This document shows, piece by piece, positions 15,892 to 24,574 of a stretch of DNA of 37,684 nucleotides; the first letter of the stretch is position 1, and each line of letters opens with the position of its first letter. The DNA lies in contig CAYICK010000001.1 in assembly GCA_964361905.1 (NCBI GenBank), positions 1 through 37,684 of the forward strand, in the 5' to 3' direction. The stretch comes from an uncultured Candidatus Saccharibacteria bacterium (lineage in GTDB: Bacteria > Patescibacteriota > Minisyncoccia > Phycocordibacterales > WO2-35-19). Made by a program: the position numbers and the translations under genes. Below the pieces are notes generated by a model. It was not told where the DNA came from, searched no databases, and saw only the letters and a list, made by a program, of their open reading frames with translations.

Positions 15892-17420
15892 AAGTTATAT
15901 CAATAGGCACGGATAGGAAAATATTTGAAAAAAATTCTGATGTTCAGCAAAGGCTTATAGAATATGGGAAATTTTTTGATGAAATGCACGTGATTGTATT
16001 TAACAAACGAGACACGAAGAATGAGATAAAAATTACGAAAATAAGTGAAAATGTTTGGGCCCATCCAACAAACTCAAACAGCAAGCTGTTTTATGTTTGG
16101 GATGCATTTAAAATCTGCAAAAAAGTTTATAGTAATGATTTCATAGTAACTGTAGGCGATTCTTTTGAAACAGGTATGGTTGGTGTTTTGACAAAACTTT
16201 TTTTAGGGTTGCCTCTTCATGTACAAGTGCACACCGATTTGATGCATAAGTATTTTAGAAACTTGTCTGTTTTAAACAAGCTTCGTTTTTTTGTGTCCGA
16301 ATTTGTTTTAAGATACGCCGATAGGGTGAGAGTAGTTTCAGAAAGGATCAAGCAGTCCATAGAACAATTTTCCAAAAATATTGATGTCTTGCCTATACAA
16401 ACAAAATTGAAAGAAGAAAAGATTGAAAGATTGAAAGATTGGGAAAACATAAAAAATATTCTGACAGTGTGCAGATTGGAAAAAGAAAAAAATTTAGAAA
16501 CAGCAATTAAAGCTTTCAAAACTATTTCTGAAAAATTTCCAGAGGCCGTCTTTGCAATTGTTGGTGATGGTAGTGAACGAGAAAATCTTGAAAAATTTGT
16601 AGTAAAATTGGGATTGGAAAACAAAGTGGTTTTTGCTGGATGGCGAGACGATTTGGAAAAATATTATAGAAACGCGGATATTTACATTTCAACTTCTTTG
16701 TACGAGGGGTACGGTATTTCAACTGTAGAGGCTGCTTATTTTGGAAAGCCCTTAATTCTTTCCGAAACTGGAGTGGCCGGAGAAATTTTCAAAGATGGGG
16801 AGTCGGCTTTGGTTTGTGATGCTAAAGATACGGCTTGTTTTGCTAAAAATATTTTAAAAATTTATCAAAACAAAAATTTAGCTCAAAAAATGGGACAATC
16901 TGCAAAATTAGCAGCAGATAAACATTTAAATTCGGGAGTAAATTATTTCAGAGAATATGCCGATTCTGTTTTAAAAACAGCTGAAAGTTTCAAGAAAAGA
17001 GGTTTTGTTGCAAGGTTTCTTGATTTCAAAAAAACATTTTGGCATTCCTTCATATTTTTACGTTATTTGGTTTGCGGAGTTACTGCGGCGGTTGTAAATA
17101 TAAGCTCACTTTATGTTTTTACGGAAACTGCAGGTATCTGGTACCTGTATTCTTCTATTTTAGCGTTCTTTTTGGCTCTTATCGTAAGTTTCTCACTGCA
17201 GAAATTTGTGGTTTTTAAGGATAATGGAATGGAAAAAATGCATCATCAGTTTTCCAAATTCTTTGTAATCGCGGTTTTGGGGGTGGCGACGAACACTATT
17301 TTGGTGTTTGTTTGTGTTGAAGCTTTGGGTGTTTGGTATATTTTGTCGCAAATAATTGCTGGTATTTTCGTAATGTTCCAAAATTTCGCCTTTTACAAAC
17401 TTTTTATATTTAATAAATAA
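15888..17420 (+). CDS. Fusion protein: GT4 glycosyltransferase (aa 1-~370) + GtrA-like 4-TM domain (aa ~385-510)
   Basis: GT4 motifs CRLEKEKNLETAIKAF and STSLYEGYGISTVEAAYFGKPLILSETGVAGEIF. The C-terminal FLRYLVCGVTAAVVNISSLYVFTE plus three further hydrophobic helices match the GtrA family pattern. Confidence 0.8.
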   Translation: MKVISIGTDRKIFEKNSDVQQRLIEYGKFFDEMHVIVFNKRDTKNEIKITKISENVWAHPTNSNSKLFYVWDAFKICKKVYSNDFIVTVGDSFETGMVGVLTKLFLGLPLHVQVHTDLMHKYFRNLSVLNKLRFFVSEFVLRYADRVRVVSERIKQSIEQFSKNIDVLPIQTKLKEEKIERLKDWENIKNILTVCRLEKEKNLETAIKAFKTISEKFPEAVFAIVGDGSERENLEKFVVKLGLENKVVFAGWRDDLEKYYRNADIYISTSLYEGYGISTVEAAYFGKPLILSETGVAGEIFKDGESALVCDAKDTACFAKNILKIYQNKNLAQKMGQSAKLAADKHLNSGVNYFREYADSVLKTAESFKKRGFVARFLDFKKTFWHSFIFLRYLVCGVTAAVVNISSLYVFTETAGIWYLYSSILAFFLALIVSFSLQKFVVFKDNGMEKMHHQFSKFFVIAVLGVATNTILVFVCVEALGVWYILSQIIAGIFVMFQNFAFYKLFIFNK

Positions 17421-17423
17421 TAA

Positions 17424-18458
17424 ATGAGACTTTTAATTATTACTCAAAAAGTTGATAAAGAAGATCCGATTTTGGGCTTTTTCCATAATTGGATTCTGGA
17501 GCTTTCAAAAAAATTTGAAAAAATATCAGTTATTTGCCTGGAAAAGGGGAATTATAATCTACCCCAAAATGTCAGAGTATTTTCTTTGGGTAAAGAATCC
17601 GGCAGAAGCAAAATAAAATATGTAAATAATTTTCTAAATTTAATTCTTGGCTTACATAAAGAGTATGATTCTGTTTTTGTGCATATGAACCAAGAGTATA
17701 TTTTGCTGGGCGGATTTATCTGGAAAATTTTGAGAAAGAAAATTTATTTTTGGCGTAATCATCAATATGGAAATTTGTTGACCCAAATTGCCATCTGGTT
17801 TTCTAATAAAGTCTTTTACACTTCCAAATTTGCTTTTGTAACTAGATACAAAAAAGCATCTGTTATGCCGGTGGGTGTGGACATTGAAAGTTTTAAAGTT
17901 TTAAAGATTGAAAGATTAAAAAACTCAATTTTGTTTTTGGGTAGGATTGGCACCATCAAAAAACCGGACATTTTAATTGAAGCATTGGATATATTAAATA
18001 AAAAAAGAATTGATTTTAATTGCGATTTTTATGGAGATCCGCAATCGAAGGACGAAGAATACTATAATTTTCTAAAAAACAAAATTAAAGAATTTGGATT
18101 AAATAATAGGGTTAATTTCTATAAAGCGGTGCCAAATTATGAGACGCCAAAAATTTATAATGAACACGAAATTTTTGTTAATCTCACACCAACTGGTAGT
18201 TTTGATAAAACTATTTTAGAAGCGGCTGCTTGCGGCTGCATACCGATTATTGCAAATGAATCACTATCGGGAGAAATAGATAAAAGAATGATTTTAGAGA
18301 ACGACAAACCGGAGAGTGTTGCAAAAACAATAGAATTTTGGCTCAATGTAAGCAATGAAGAAAGAGTTGAAGCTTCAAAAAAACTCCAAAAATACGTTTT
18401 GGAAAATCACAGTTTAAGTGCTTTAATTGAAAGGCTATGTATCACAATAAAAAAATAA
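17424..18458 (+). CDS. GT-B fold glycosyltransferase, family 4-like
   Basis: 344 aa. Motifs ILFLGRIGTIKKPDILIEAL and FDKTILEAAACGCIPIIANE. Confidence 0.8.
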   Translation: MRLLIITQKVDKEDPILGFFHNWILELSKKFEKISVICLEKGNYNLPQNVRVFSLGKESGRSKIKYVNNFLNLILGLHKEYDSVFVHMNQEYILLGGFIWKILRKKIYFWRNHQYGNLLTQIAIWFSNKVFYTSKFAFVTRYKKASVMPVGVDIESFKVLKIERLKNSILFLGRIGTIKKPDILIEALDILNKKRIDFNCDFYGDPQSKDEEYYNFLKNKIKEFGLNNRVNFYKAVPNYETPKIYNEHEIFVNLTPTGSFDKTILEAAACGCIPIIANESLSGEIDKRMILENDKPESVAKTIEFWLNVSNEERVEASKKLQKYVLENHSLSALIERLCITIKK

Positions 18459-19153
18459 GCGTGGTTATACCCACCTATAACGAAGCAGAAAGCATAAAGG
18501 GAGTGATAGAGGAGTTTTTTAAAACCGGTTTGGTTGATGAAGTGGTGGTGGTTGATAATAATGCTCTAGGAAATACAGCAGAAGAAATAAAAAAGACTAA
18601 GGCGGTCTATGTGAAAGAAAGCGAAAAGCAAGGATACGGTTATGCTTTAATGAGGGGCATGCTTGAGGCGAAAGGGGATATTGTGGTAATGGTTGAGGCT
18701 GACGGCACTTTTTTACCGAAAGATATTGAGAAACTTTTGTCTTACAGTGATGAATTTGACGCGGTACTCGGTACTCGTACCTCGCGTTCGGCTATCTGGT
18801 CCGGAGCCTTTATGCCCTTCCCGGTGCGTTTCGGCAACTGGCTTTGGGCGAAAATAATTGAAGTTTTGTTTAATGGGCCGGTTTTGACAGATGTTGGCTG
18901 TACTTATAAATTGATTTCTAGAAAGGCTCTTGAAAAAATAAAACCACTCTTCCCGATGTCGAAAGGCGATGGCAAGTTTTCTCCTGAACTTATGATCTGG
19001 CTTATAAAGAAAAATATTTCTTTGATAGAAATCCCTGTTATTTTTAAAGAAAGGGTGGGGCAGTCAACTTATACCGGCAGTACTTGGAAAGCCGCCAAAT
19101 TGGGTATCAAGATGTTGCCCCTGATTATAAAGTATAAATTTAAAAAAATATAA
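18437..19153 (+). CDS. GT2 glycosyltransferase, Dpm1/ArnC-like (polyprenyl-phosphate sugar synthase type)
   Basis: 238 aa. Motifs ISVVIPTYNEAESI, VVVVDNNALGNT and VMVEADGTF. There is no TM segment. Confidence 0.82.
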   Translation: MYHNKKISVVIPTYNEAESIKGVIEEFFKTGLVDEVVVVDNNALGNTAEEIKKTKAVYVKESEKQGYGYALMRGMLEAKGDIVVMVEADGTFLPKDIEKLLSYSDEFDAVLGTRTSRSAIWSGAFMPFPVRFGNWLWAKIIEVLFNGPVLTDVGCTYKLISRKALEKIKPLFPMSKGDGKFSPELMIWLIKKNISLIEIPVIFKERVGQSTYTGSTWKAAKLGIKMLPLIIKYKFKKI

Positions 19154-20629
19154 ATGAACACAAAAAAGGAAAAAATAATCTTATTTTCCATTTTTATTTT
19201 AGCCATCTTTCTAATTACATTTCAATATACTGATACTCCAAGAGTCTGGATTGACGAGGGAGTATATACAAGTATTGCAAGAAGCGTAGCGGAAAGCGGA
19301 GTATTCGGGTTGCAGACTGAGCCGGGGAGTTTCTTTCAATTTGGAGCTTTGCTTACAACTAACTATCCTGCTATTTTTCCCGTGGCGGCATCCATCAAAC
19401 TTTTGGGTACAGGTGTATGGCAGGCTCGTTTGCCTATGATGCTTTACATGTTTGCCCTAGTTATCATTTTTTATTTATACACTAAAAAGAAATACGGTTT
19501 TTATCCTGCGATTTTGTCGGTTTTGATGCTCATTTCCTTTTCTCCTTTTTATGGCAACGGCCGGCCCGTCCAAGGAGAAGTTCCGGGGCTGGTCTTTTTA
19601 TGCTTGGGAGCCGTGATGCTTTTGTATTTTGAAGGAACCAATTTTGAAAATAAAAAATTTGCCGTGTTGGCAGGCCTGTCTTTAGGATTGGCCGCAGCCA
19701 CTAAACCCATTTATTTGCTTCTGCTTTGTGCAATCCTGCCCCTCTCTCTATTTTTTTGGATTAAGAAAATTAAGAATAAAAAAAATATATTGATACTCTT
19801 ATTGGCGTTTATCGTTCCAATATTTTTTTGGTTCGTGATAAATTTTCCGACTCTGGATTCAATTACAAAAATTATTCCAACGATGATTTTGCAATCCGGT
19901 AATAACAGCGCATCTTCTCTGTCTGGCACGTCTTTGCCACTTACAGAGACCGTTTCCGCAAATTTATTTAGATTTGTAAGCGAATCCACTCCCATACTTT
20001 TCACCTTTCTTTTTATTGCATCGATTTTTTTCTTCGGGCTAAAATACTTTAAAAAAGATAAATCAGATTTCAGTATATCCGAATTTATTTTGTTTTTTTT
20101 CATATTATTCAATTGGCTCGGTTACCTTATCGGGACAGGCTGGTATCGCTACTTTTTCCCGGCCAATATTTTGCTGTATTTATTTTTTCCGATAGCCGTC
20201 ATAGCTTTTGCAAAAACAATCAGTAATGGATATGTGAAAAAAATCGCGATGCTTGTTCCCGCAGTTTTAATACTGTTTCAGTTTTATCATTTAATTTTTC
20301 TTTCCGACACCTCCTTTTTTGTCTCGTATACTAGAAATATTACCCTTTTTCGGGCATTATCTGCTGTATCCCCGACCCAGAAAGTCTTTTTTTACAATTC
20401 TCCGGAAGCGGTGGTTTTTTTGGAAGGAAATAATTATTCTCAATACATCGCTTTTTCGGGGTTGTTTGAAGCGGGGGACAAAAACGCCCTAACTTACACA
20501 ACAAATGATTTTATTTTGACGGGAAACGATCCTAAATATGCAGATGTTGTTTCTCCTTGTTACACAAAAAAAGAATTTGATCGTTATTTTTTATTTCAAA
20601 AGACGATTAACTGCAAAAACAAAAAATGA
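19154..20629 (+). CDS. Multi-TM GT-C-type glycosyltransferase (ArnT/PMT family-like), paralog 1
   Basis: 491 aa with more than 10 hydrophobic helices. An acidic pair follows TM1 (RVWIDEGVY). The gene starts at the nucleotide after the GT2 stop. Confidence 0.72.
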   Translation: MNTKKEKIILFSIFILAIFLITFQYTDTPRVWIDEGVYTSIARSVAESGVFGLQTEPGSFFQFGALLTTNYPAIFPVAASIKLLGTGVWQARLPMMLYMFALVIIFYLYTKKKYGFYPAILSVLMLISFSPFYGNGRPVQGEVPGLVFLCLGAVMLLYFEGTNFENKKFAVLAGLSLGLAAATKPIYLLLLCAILPLSLFFWIKKIKNKKNILILLLAFIVPIFFWFVINFPTLDSITKIIPTMILQSGNNSASSLSGTSLPLTETVSANLFRFVSESTPILFTFLFIASIFFFGLKYFKKDKSDFSISEFILFFFILFNWLGYLIGTGWYRYFFPANILLYLFFPIAVIAFAKTISNGYVKKIAMLVPAVLILFQFYHLIFLSDTSFFVSYTRNITLFRALSAVSPTQKVFFYNSPEAVVFLEGNNYSQYIAFSGLFEAGDKNALTYTTNDFILTGNDPKYADVVSPCYTKKEFDRYFLFQKTINCKNKK

Positions 20630-20632
20630 AGT

Positions 20633-22093
20633 TTATTTTTTATCTAAAAATCCAAGAAAAAATCTGAATCCCTTAAGGTATCTTTTTATATCTTCCCAGC
20701 TATTTATTTTTTTTAACCGGCCCCAAATATATTTTGGCCGAAGATAAAATTCTTTCATGGCCATCTTTTCCATCGCCTCAATTTCTTCCTTGTTTTTGTA
20801 GCCATATGGCACGAAAACCGCATTCCAGATATTGTATTCGGAAAAATTTTTATTCAAGATTCCATATTTGGGCGCTTCTTCAAAAAGTTTCGTCCCTGGA
20901 TAAGGAGTGGTGATGCAAAACTGGGCATAATCGGGATTTAATTTTTTAGCAAAAGCTATCGTCTTTTTCGCCATTTCTGGAGTCTCTCCGGGCAGAGCAA
21001 TCATAAAAGATGCTCTGATTTCTATACCAACCTTCTTACAAAGCATATTGGCGATTTCTATCTGTTTAAGGGTTGTCCCTTTGCCTATGTTGTTTAAAAG
21101 TTCCTGACATCCCGACTCGTAGCCGAAAAAAATATTCCAACAACCCGCTTTTCTCATGCGACGGAGCATTTCTTCGTCAACGCAGTCAACCCGTGAATAG
21201 CAAGTCCAGGTAATATCAATTTTGTCTTTAATTAATAAATCGCAAAATTCGTATATCCATTTTTTATTGGCCGTCATCATGTCATCCCAAAAAGATATTT
21301 CTCTGATGCCGTAATTTTCCATTACATGCCGGATTTGTTCCACCACTCTTTTAGGACTCATAGCTCTGATTTTTCTGCCAAAAACGGAGTTGTTGGAGCA
21401 AAAACTGCAATTAAATGGACATCCTCTTATAACCACCATGTTTATCACAGGTGTCCTTTTATATTGGTTGGCTAGGGGAATATATTTATTCATCGACAAA
21501 AGATCCCAGGCGGGGAATGGCAGTTCGTCCAGATTTTGAATCAACTCTCTTGGGGGCGTGATCACAATTTCTTTTCCGTGCCTGAATACGATTCCTTTTA
21601 CGCTAGATAGAATATTGTAATTATTTAAAAATACATTTTTACTCCAAGTGCTGTTTTTGTATTTACTGATTATTTCTTCGGCCGTAAGCTCTCCCTCTCC
21701 GTAAACAATTAAATCAAAACAATCATTCTGTTCCAATATTTCCCTCGGTAAAATCGTGGCGTGATGTCCGCCCAAAATAATTAAAATTTCCGGCTTTCTT
21801 TTTTTCATTAGATCGGCAAATTCGACTGCTCGGTGAAAATTCGGAGTCAAGGCCGAAAGCCCTATGATTTTGGGGTCATACTCAAGCGCTTTTTCAACCA
21901 TTTGATCAGTTGAAAAATCTTCGGTCACGCCGTCAATCAAACCGACTTTAACTCCTTTTTCTCTGAGATAAGAAGAAAGCTGGGCGATTCCCAGGGGCGG
22001 CAAATTACCGCCGGTACCTTTTCCCACATTTCTGACGTATCTTTCGCTAACGGAAATTGGAGGATAAATAAATAAAATATCCATACTACTCAT
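20633..22093 (-). CDS. B12-binding-domain radical SAM enzyme (class-B-like), paralog 2
   Basis: 486 aa. Motifs ILGGHHATILPREIL, IVYGEGELTAEEI and IRGCPFNCSFCSN. The gene is convergent with GT-C paralog 1, with a 3-nt gap. Confidence 0.88.
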   Translation of the reverse strand: MSSMDILFIYPPISVSERYVRNVGKGTGGNLPPLGIAQLSSYLREKGVKVGLIDGVTEDFSTDQMVEKALEYDPKIIGLSALTPNFHRAVEFADLMKKRKPEILIILGGHHATILPREILEQNDCFDLIVYGEGELTAEEIISKYKNSTWSKNVFLNNYNILSSVKGIVFRHGKEIVITPPRELIQNLDELPFPAWDLLSMNKYIPLANQYKRTPVINMVVIRGCPFNCSFCSNNSVFGRKIRAMSPKRVVEQIRHVMENYGIREISFWDDMMTANKKWIYEFCDLLIKDKIDITWTCYSRVDCVDEEMLRRMRKAGCWNIFFGYESGCQELLNNIGKGTTLKQIEIANMLCKKVGIEIRASFMIALPGETPEMAKKTIAFAKKLNPDYAQFCITTPYPGTKLFEEAPKYGILNKNFSEYNIWNAVFVPYGYKNKEEIEAMEKMAMKEFYLRPKYIWGRLKKINSWEDIKRYLKGFRFFLGFLDKK

Positions 22094-22151
22094 AATAAAA
22101 TGACTTCTTCATATCTTTGCAAATAAGTATGGCATATAATACCATATTATA

Positions 22152-22871
22152 ATGTCAAAAAATATGCTTTCCATTATCATTCCGGCGTACAACGAGGAAT
22201 ACCGTATAACTAGGACTTTGTTGGATATCAAAAACACCCTGTCCGGACAATTCTTTGATTACGAAATTTTAGTGGTGAATGACGGCTCTTTGGATAATAC
22301 CGTTTTTGTCGTGGAAAAGTTAAAAAAACAAATTCCTAAGCTTCGTTTAATCGATAACAATAAAAATCACGGCAAAGGCTTCGCAGTTAAGGAAGGTATG
22401 CTTAAAGCCTCTGGTGATTTTCGGTTATTTATGGATGCTGATAATTCCACAAAAGTTTCGGAAATTATAAAAATACTCCCTTATTTTGCCCGGGGTTTTG
22501 ATATTATTATAGGTTCCAGGCGTCTCCCTGACTCTAAAGTTGTAATTGAACACAATTGGGTGAGAGACTTCCTGGGTTCTGTTTTCAGAATGCTTGTTCG
22601 CGTAATTGTTCCTTTGGGGGTTACCGATTCACAGTGTGGTTTTAAAATTTTTACAAAAAAGGCGGCAAATATGATATTCCCAGAACAGTCTGTACTTGGT
22701 TGGGCTTTTGATGTGGAGATTTTGGCTATTGCCAGAAAAAATAAATTAAAGATAAAAGAGGTTCCCGTTGTCTGGGAAAATAATGCAGACAGCCAAATGA
22801 ATTTTTCCGGTATGGTCAAATCCTTTTTTGAAATTATTAAAATCAGACTGAAGTTATGGAGAATAAAATGA
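22152..22871 (+). CDS. GT2 glycosyltransferase, Alg5/Dpm1/GtrB-like (polyprenyl-phosphate sugar synthase type)
   Basis: 239 aa. Motifs LSIIIPAYNEEYRI, ILVVNDGSLDNT, FMDADNST and DSQCGFKIF. Confidence 0.85.
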   Translation: MSKNMLSIIIPAYNEEYRITRTLLDIKNTLSGQFFDYEILVVNDGSLDNTVFVVEKLKKQIPKLRLIDNNKNHGKGFAVKEGMLKASGDFRLFMDADNSTKVSEIIKILPYFARGFDIIIGSRRLPDSKVVIEHNWVRDFLGSVFRMLVRVIVPLGVTDSQCGFKIFTKKAANMIFPEQSVLGWAFDVEILAIARKNKLKIKEVPVVWENNADSQMNFSGMVKSFFEIIKIRLKLWRIK

Positions 22872-24574
22872 CGAGATGGCTTCGCACAAGCGAGAAGGTT
22901 TTACCGGTTATTTTGGTGTTAGTTTTTATTTTAATGCGCTTGCCGGCAACTCATTCTCCTTATCACCAAGATGAATATAAATGGGTGCAATATTCTCATC
23001 CGGAAATAACACTACCTGGTACGGTACCTCATCCGCCGTTAACAGAATTTATCTATGCTGGTTCTTTGGGGCCTTTGGTTGGCGATGATAATTTTAGATT
23101 AATACCACTTGTTTTTGGTTTGATTAATCTGCTCCTTATTTTTTATCTGGCAAAAATTATTTTTGACCGGAAAGCCGCATTCTGGGTGGCTCTACTTTTT
23201 ACCGTTTCTTTTTATTCCGTTCTGGCCTCTCTTATGGTAGATGTGGATGGGGCAGTAATGCCGGCGTTCTTTTTAGTTATGTGTATCGGCTATTTCAAAT
23301 TAAAAAGAACGAATTTTCAATTTTCAATTTCCAATTTTCAAAACTGGATTTGGTTGGCGCTGATAATAGTCGGAGCGGTCGGAGGGTTTATGGTAAAAGT
23401 CAGCGGTATTCTGCCAATTTTCGCTTTATTTTTGGATTTTTCTATAGAAAAAGGCGTTTTTTCTGATAAAAAGAGAATTCTTAAATATGCGGGTCTGGGG
23501 TTATTGGGGCTTATTGGTTTGGTTGCGGTTTTGTTTTTGGCAAGGTTTGTTTTTCCGTTCTTCAACCTGGAGTATTCGTTCAATTATTGGAAACATTTTT
23601 GGACCGCATCCAGTTTTTTTAATAGGGGATGGATGCAGACTTTTATCCAATTTGCTAAGGCTATAATGTATACCTCGCCCCTATTGCTCTTGCCGGTATT
23701 TTTTATAGATAAAGAAATTTGGCGAAAACTTAGGCCCTTCTTTTTCTTTATTTTCATCGGTCTCGCATTCTATCTTTTTGCTTTTGATTTTTCTATCGGG
23801 GCGCTGGACAGATATTTCCAATTTTTAGTAGTACCTCTTTGTATTATTTCGGGGGCCGTATTCGCGAAAATATTTGGAAGCAAAGAAATAAAGTTAAAAA
23901 AAGAAGATTTTATTATTATATCCATAATAGCAATTTCAATTTTTGCTCTTCAGTTTTTCAATCATGTTGCGCCGCCACTTCATCCTAAGACGGAATGGAT
24001 AAGCAGATTCTTTTCTTTTAAGTGGAATTTCCTTTTCCCCTTTACCGGCGGATCCGGGCCTCTGGGTTTTTATATTTCTTTTCTTTTTTTGGCCATACTA
24101 TATATTTGTTCTATTGTTCTTGCGATTGCAATATTTATTAAAAAAGAGCTGAAGCAGAAAGTTTTCGTCGCAATTTTAATCATAGGTCTGATTTACAATT
24201 TTTCTTTTATCGAAGAATATCTTTTTGGCAAAATAAACGGTTTTGCTCCTAAATTGCTTTACGATGCCACGGAATTTATAAAAAACAATCCTGATATAAA
24301 AGCCGTAACGGTTTATAATGATAACGGAGGTTATGAAATAATGAAAATCGGGAAGTATAGAAGAAGGCTTTATACCAGCCCCGCTTTTGATGTAAATCAG
24401 AAAATAGCCACCTTAAATGCGACCAAAGATTATTACCTGGAAATAAATATTCCACGGATAGACCCAAACAGCGTTTTCAGGAAATATTTTGATTCATGCA
24501 ATATTGTTTATAAGCAAACTGACCGTTATATTTCTGCCATTGTTTACGATTGTAGAAATGCAACCAATTTATGA
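22868..24574 (+). CDS. Multi-TM GT-C-type glycosyltransferase (ArnT/PMT family-like), paralog 2
   Basis: About 568 aa from ATG 22868 (ATGA overlap with the GT2 stop); an in-frame ATG at 22856 is also possible. An acidic pair follows TM1 (SPYHQDEYKW). Many TM helices. Confidence 0.72.
   Translation: MTRWLRTSEKVLPVILVLVFILMRLPATHSPYHQDEYKWVQYSHPEITLPGTVPHPPLTEFIYAGSLGPLVGDDNFRLIPLVFGLINLLLIFYLAKIIFDRKAAFWVALLFTVSFYSVLASLMVDVDGAVMPAFFLVMCIGYFKLKRTNFQFSISNFQNWIWLALIIVGAVGGFMVKVSGILPIFALFLDFSIEKGVFSDKKRILKYAGLGLLGLIGLVAVLFLARFVFPFFNLEYSFNYWKHFWTASSFFNRGWMQTFIQFAKAIMYTSPLLLLPVFFIDKEIWRKLRPFFFFIFIGLAFYLFAFDFSIGALDRYFQFLVVPLCIISGAVFAKIFGSKEIKLKKEDFIIISIIAISIFALQFFNHVAPPLHPKTEWISRFFSFKWNFLFPFTGGSGPLGFYISFLFLAILYICSIVLAIAIFIKKELKQKVFVAILIIGLIYNFSFIEEYLFGKINGFAPKLLYDATEFIKNNPDIKAVTVYNDNGGYEIMKIGKYRRRLYTSPAFDVNQKIATLNATKDYYLEINIPRIDPNSVFRKYFDSCNIVYKQTDRYISAIVYDCRNATNL
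23312..23339 (+). repeat. Four tandem copies of heptanucleotide AATTTTC (third copy AATTTCC) inside the GT-C paralog 2 gene
   Basis: Direct reading: aattttc aattttc aatttcc aattttc. The unit length is not a multiple of 3. Confidence 0.9.

Noticed and set aside
23312-23339. Considered whether any short repeat cluster could be a CRISPR array
   Set aside because: Units are 7 nt with no spacers and lie inside a coding frame. No 24-40-nt repeat/spacer periodicity or cas gene was seen anywhere in the window.
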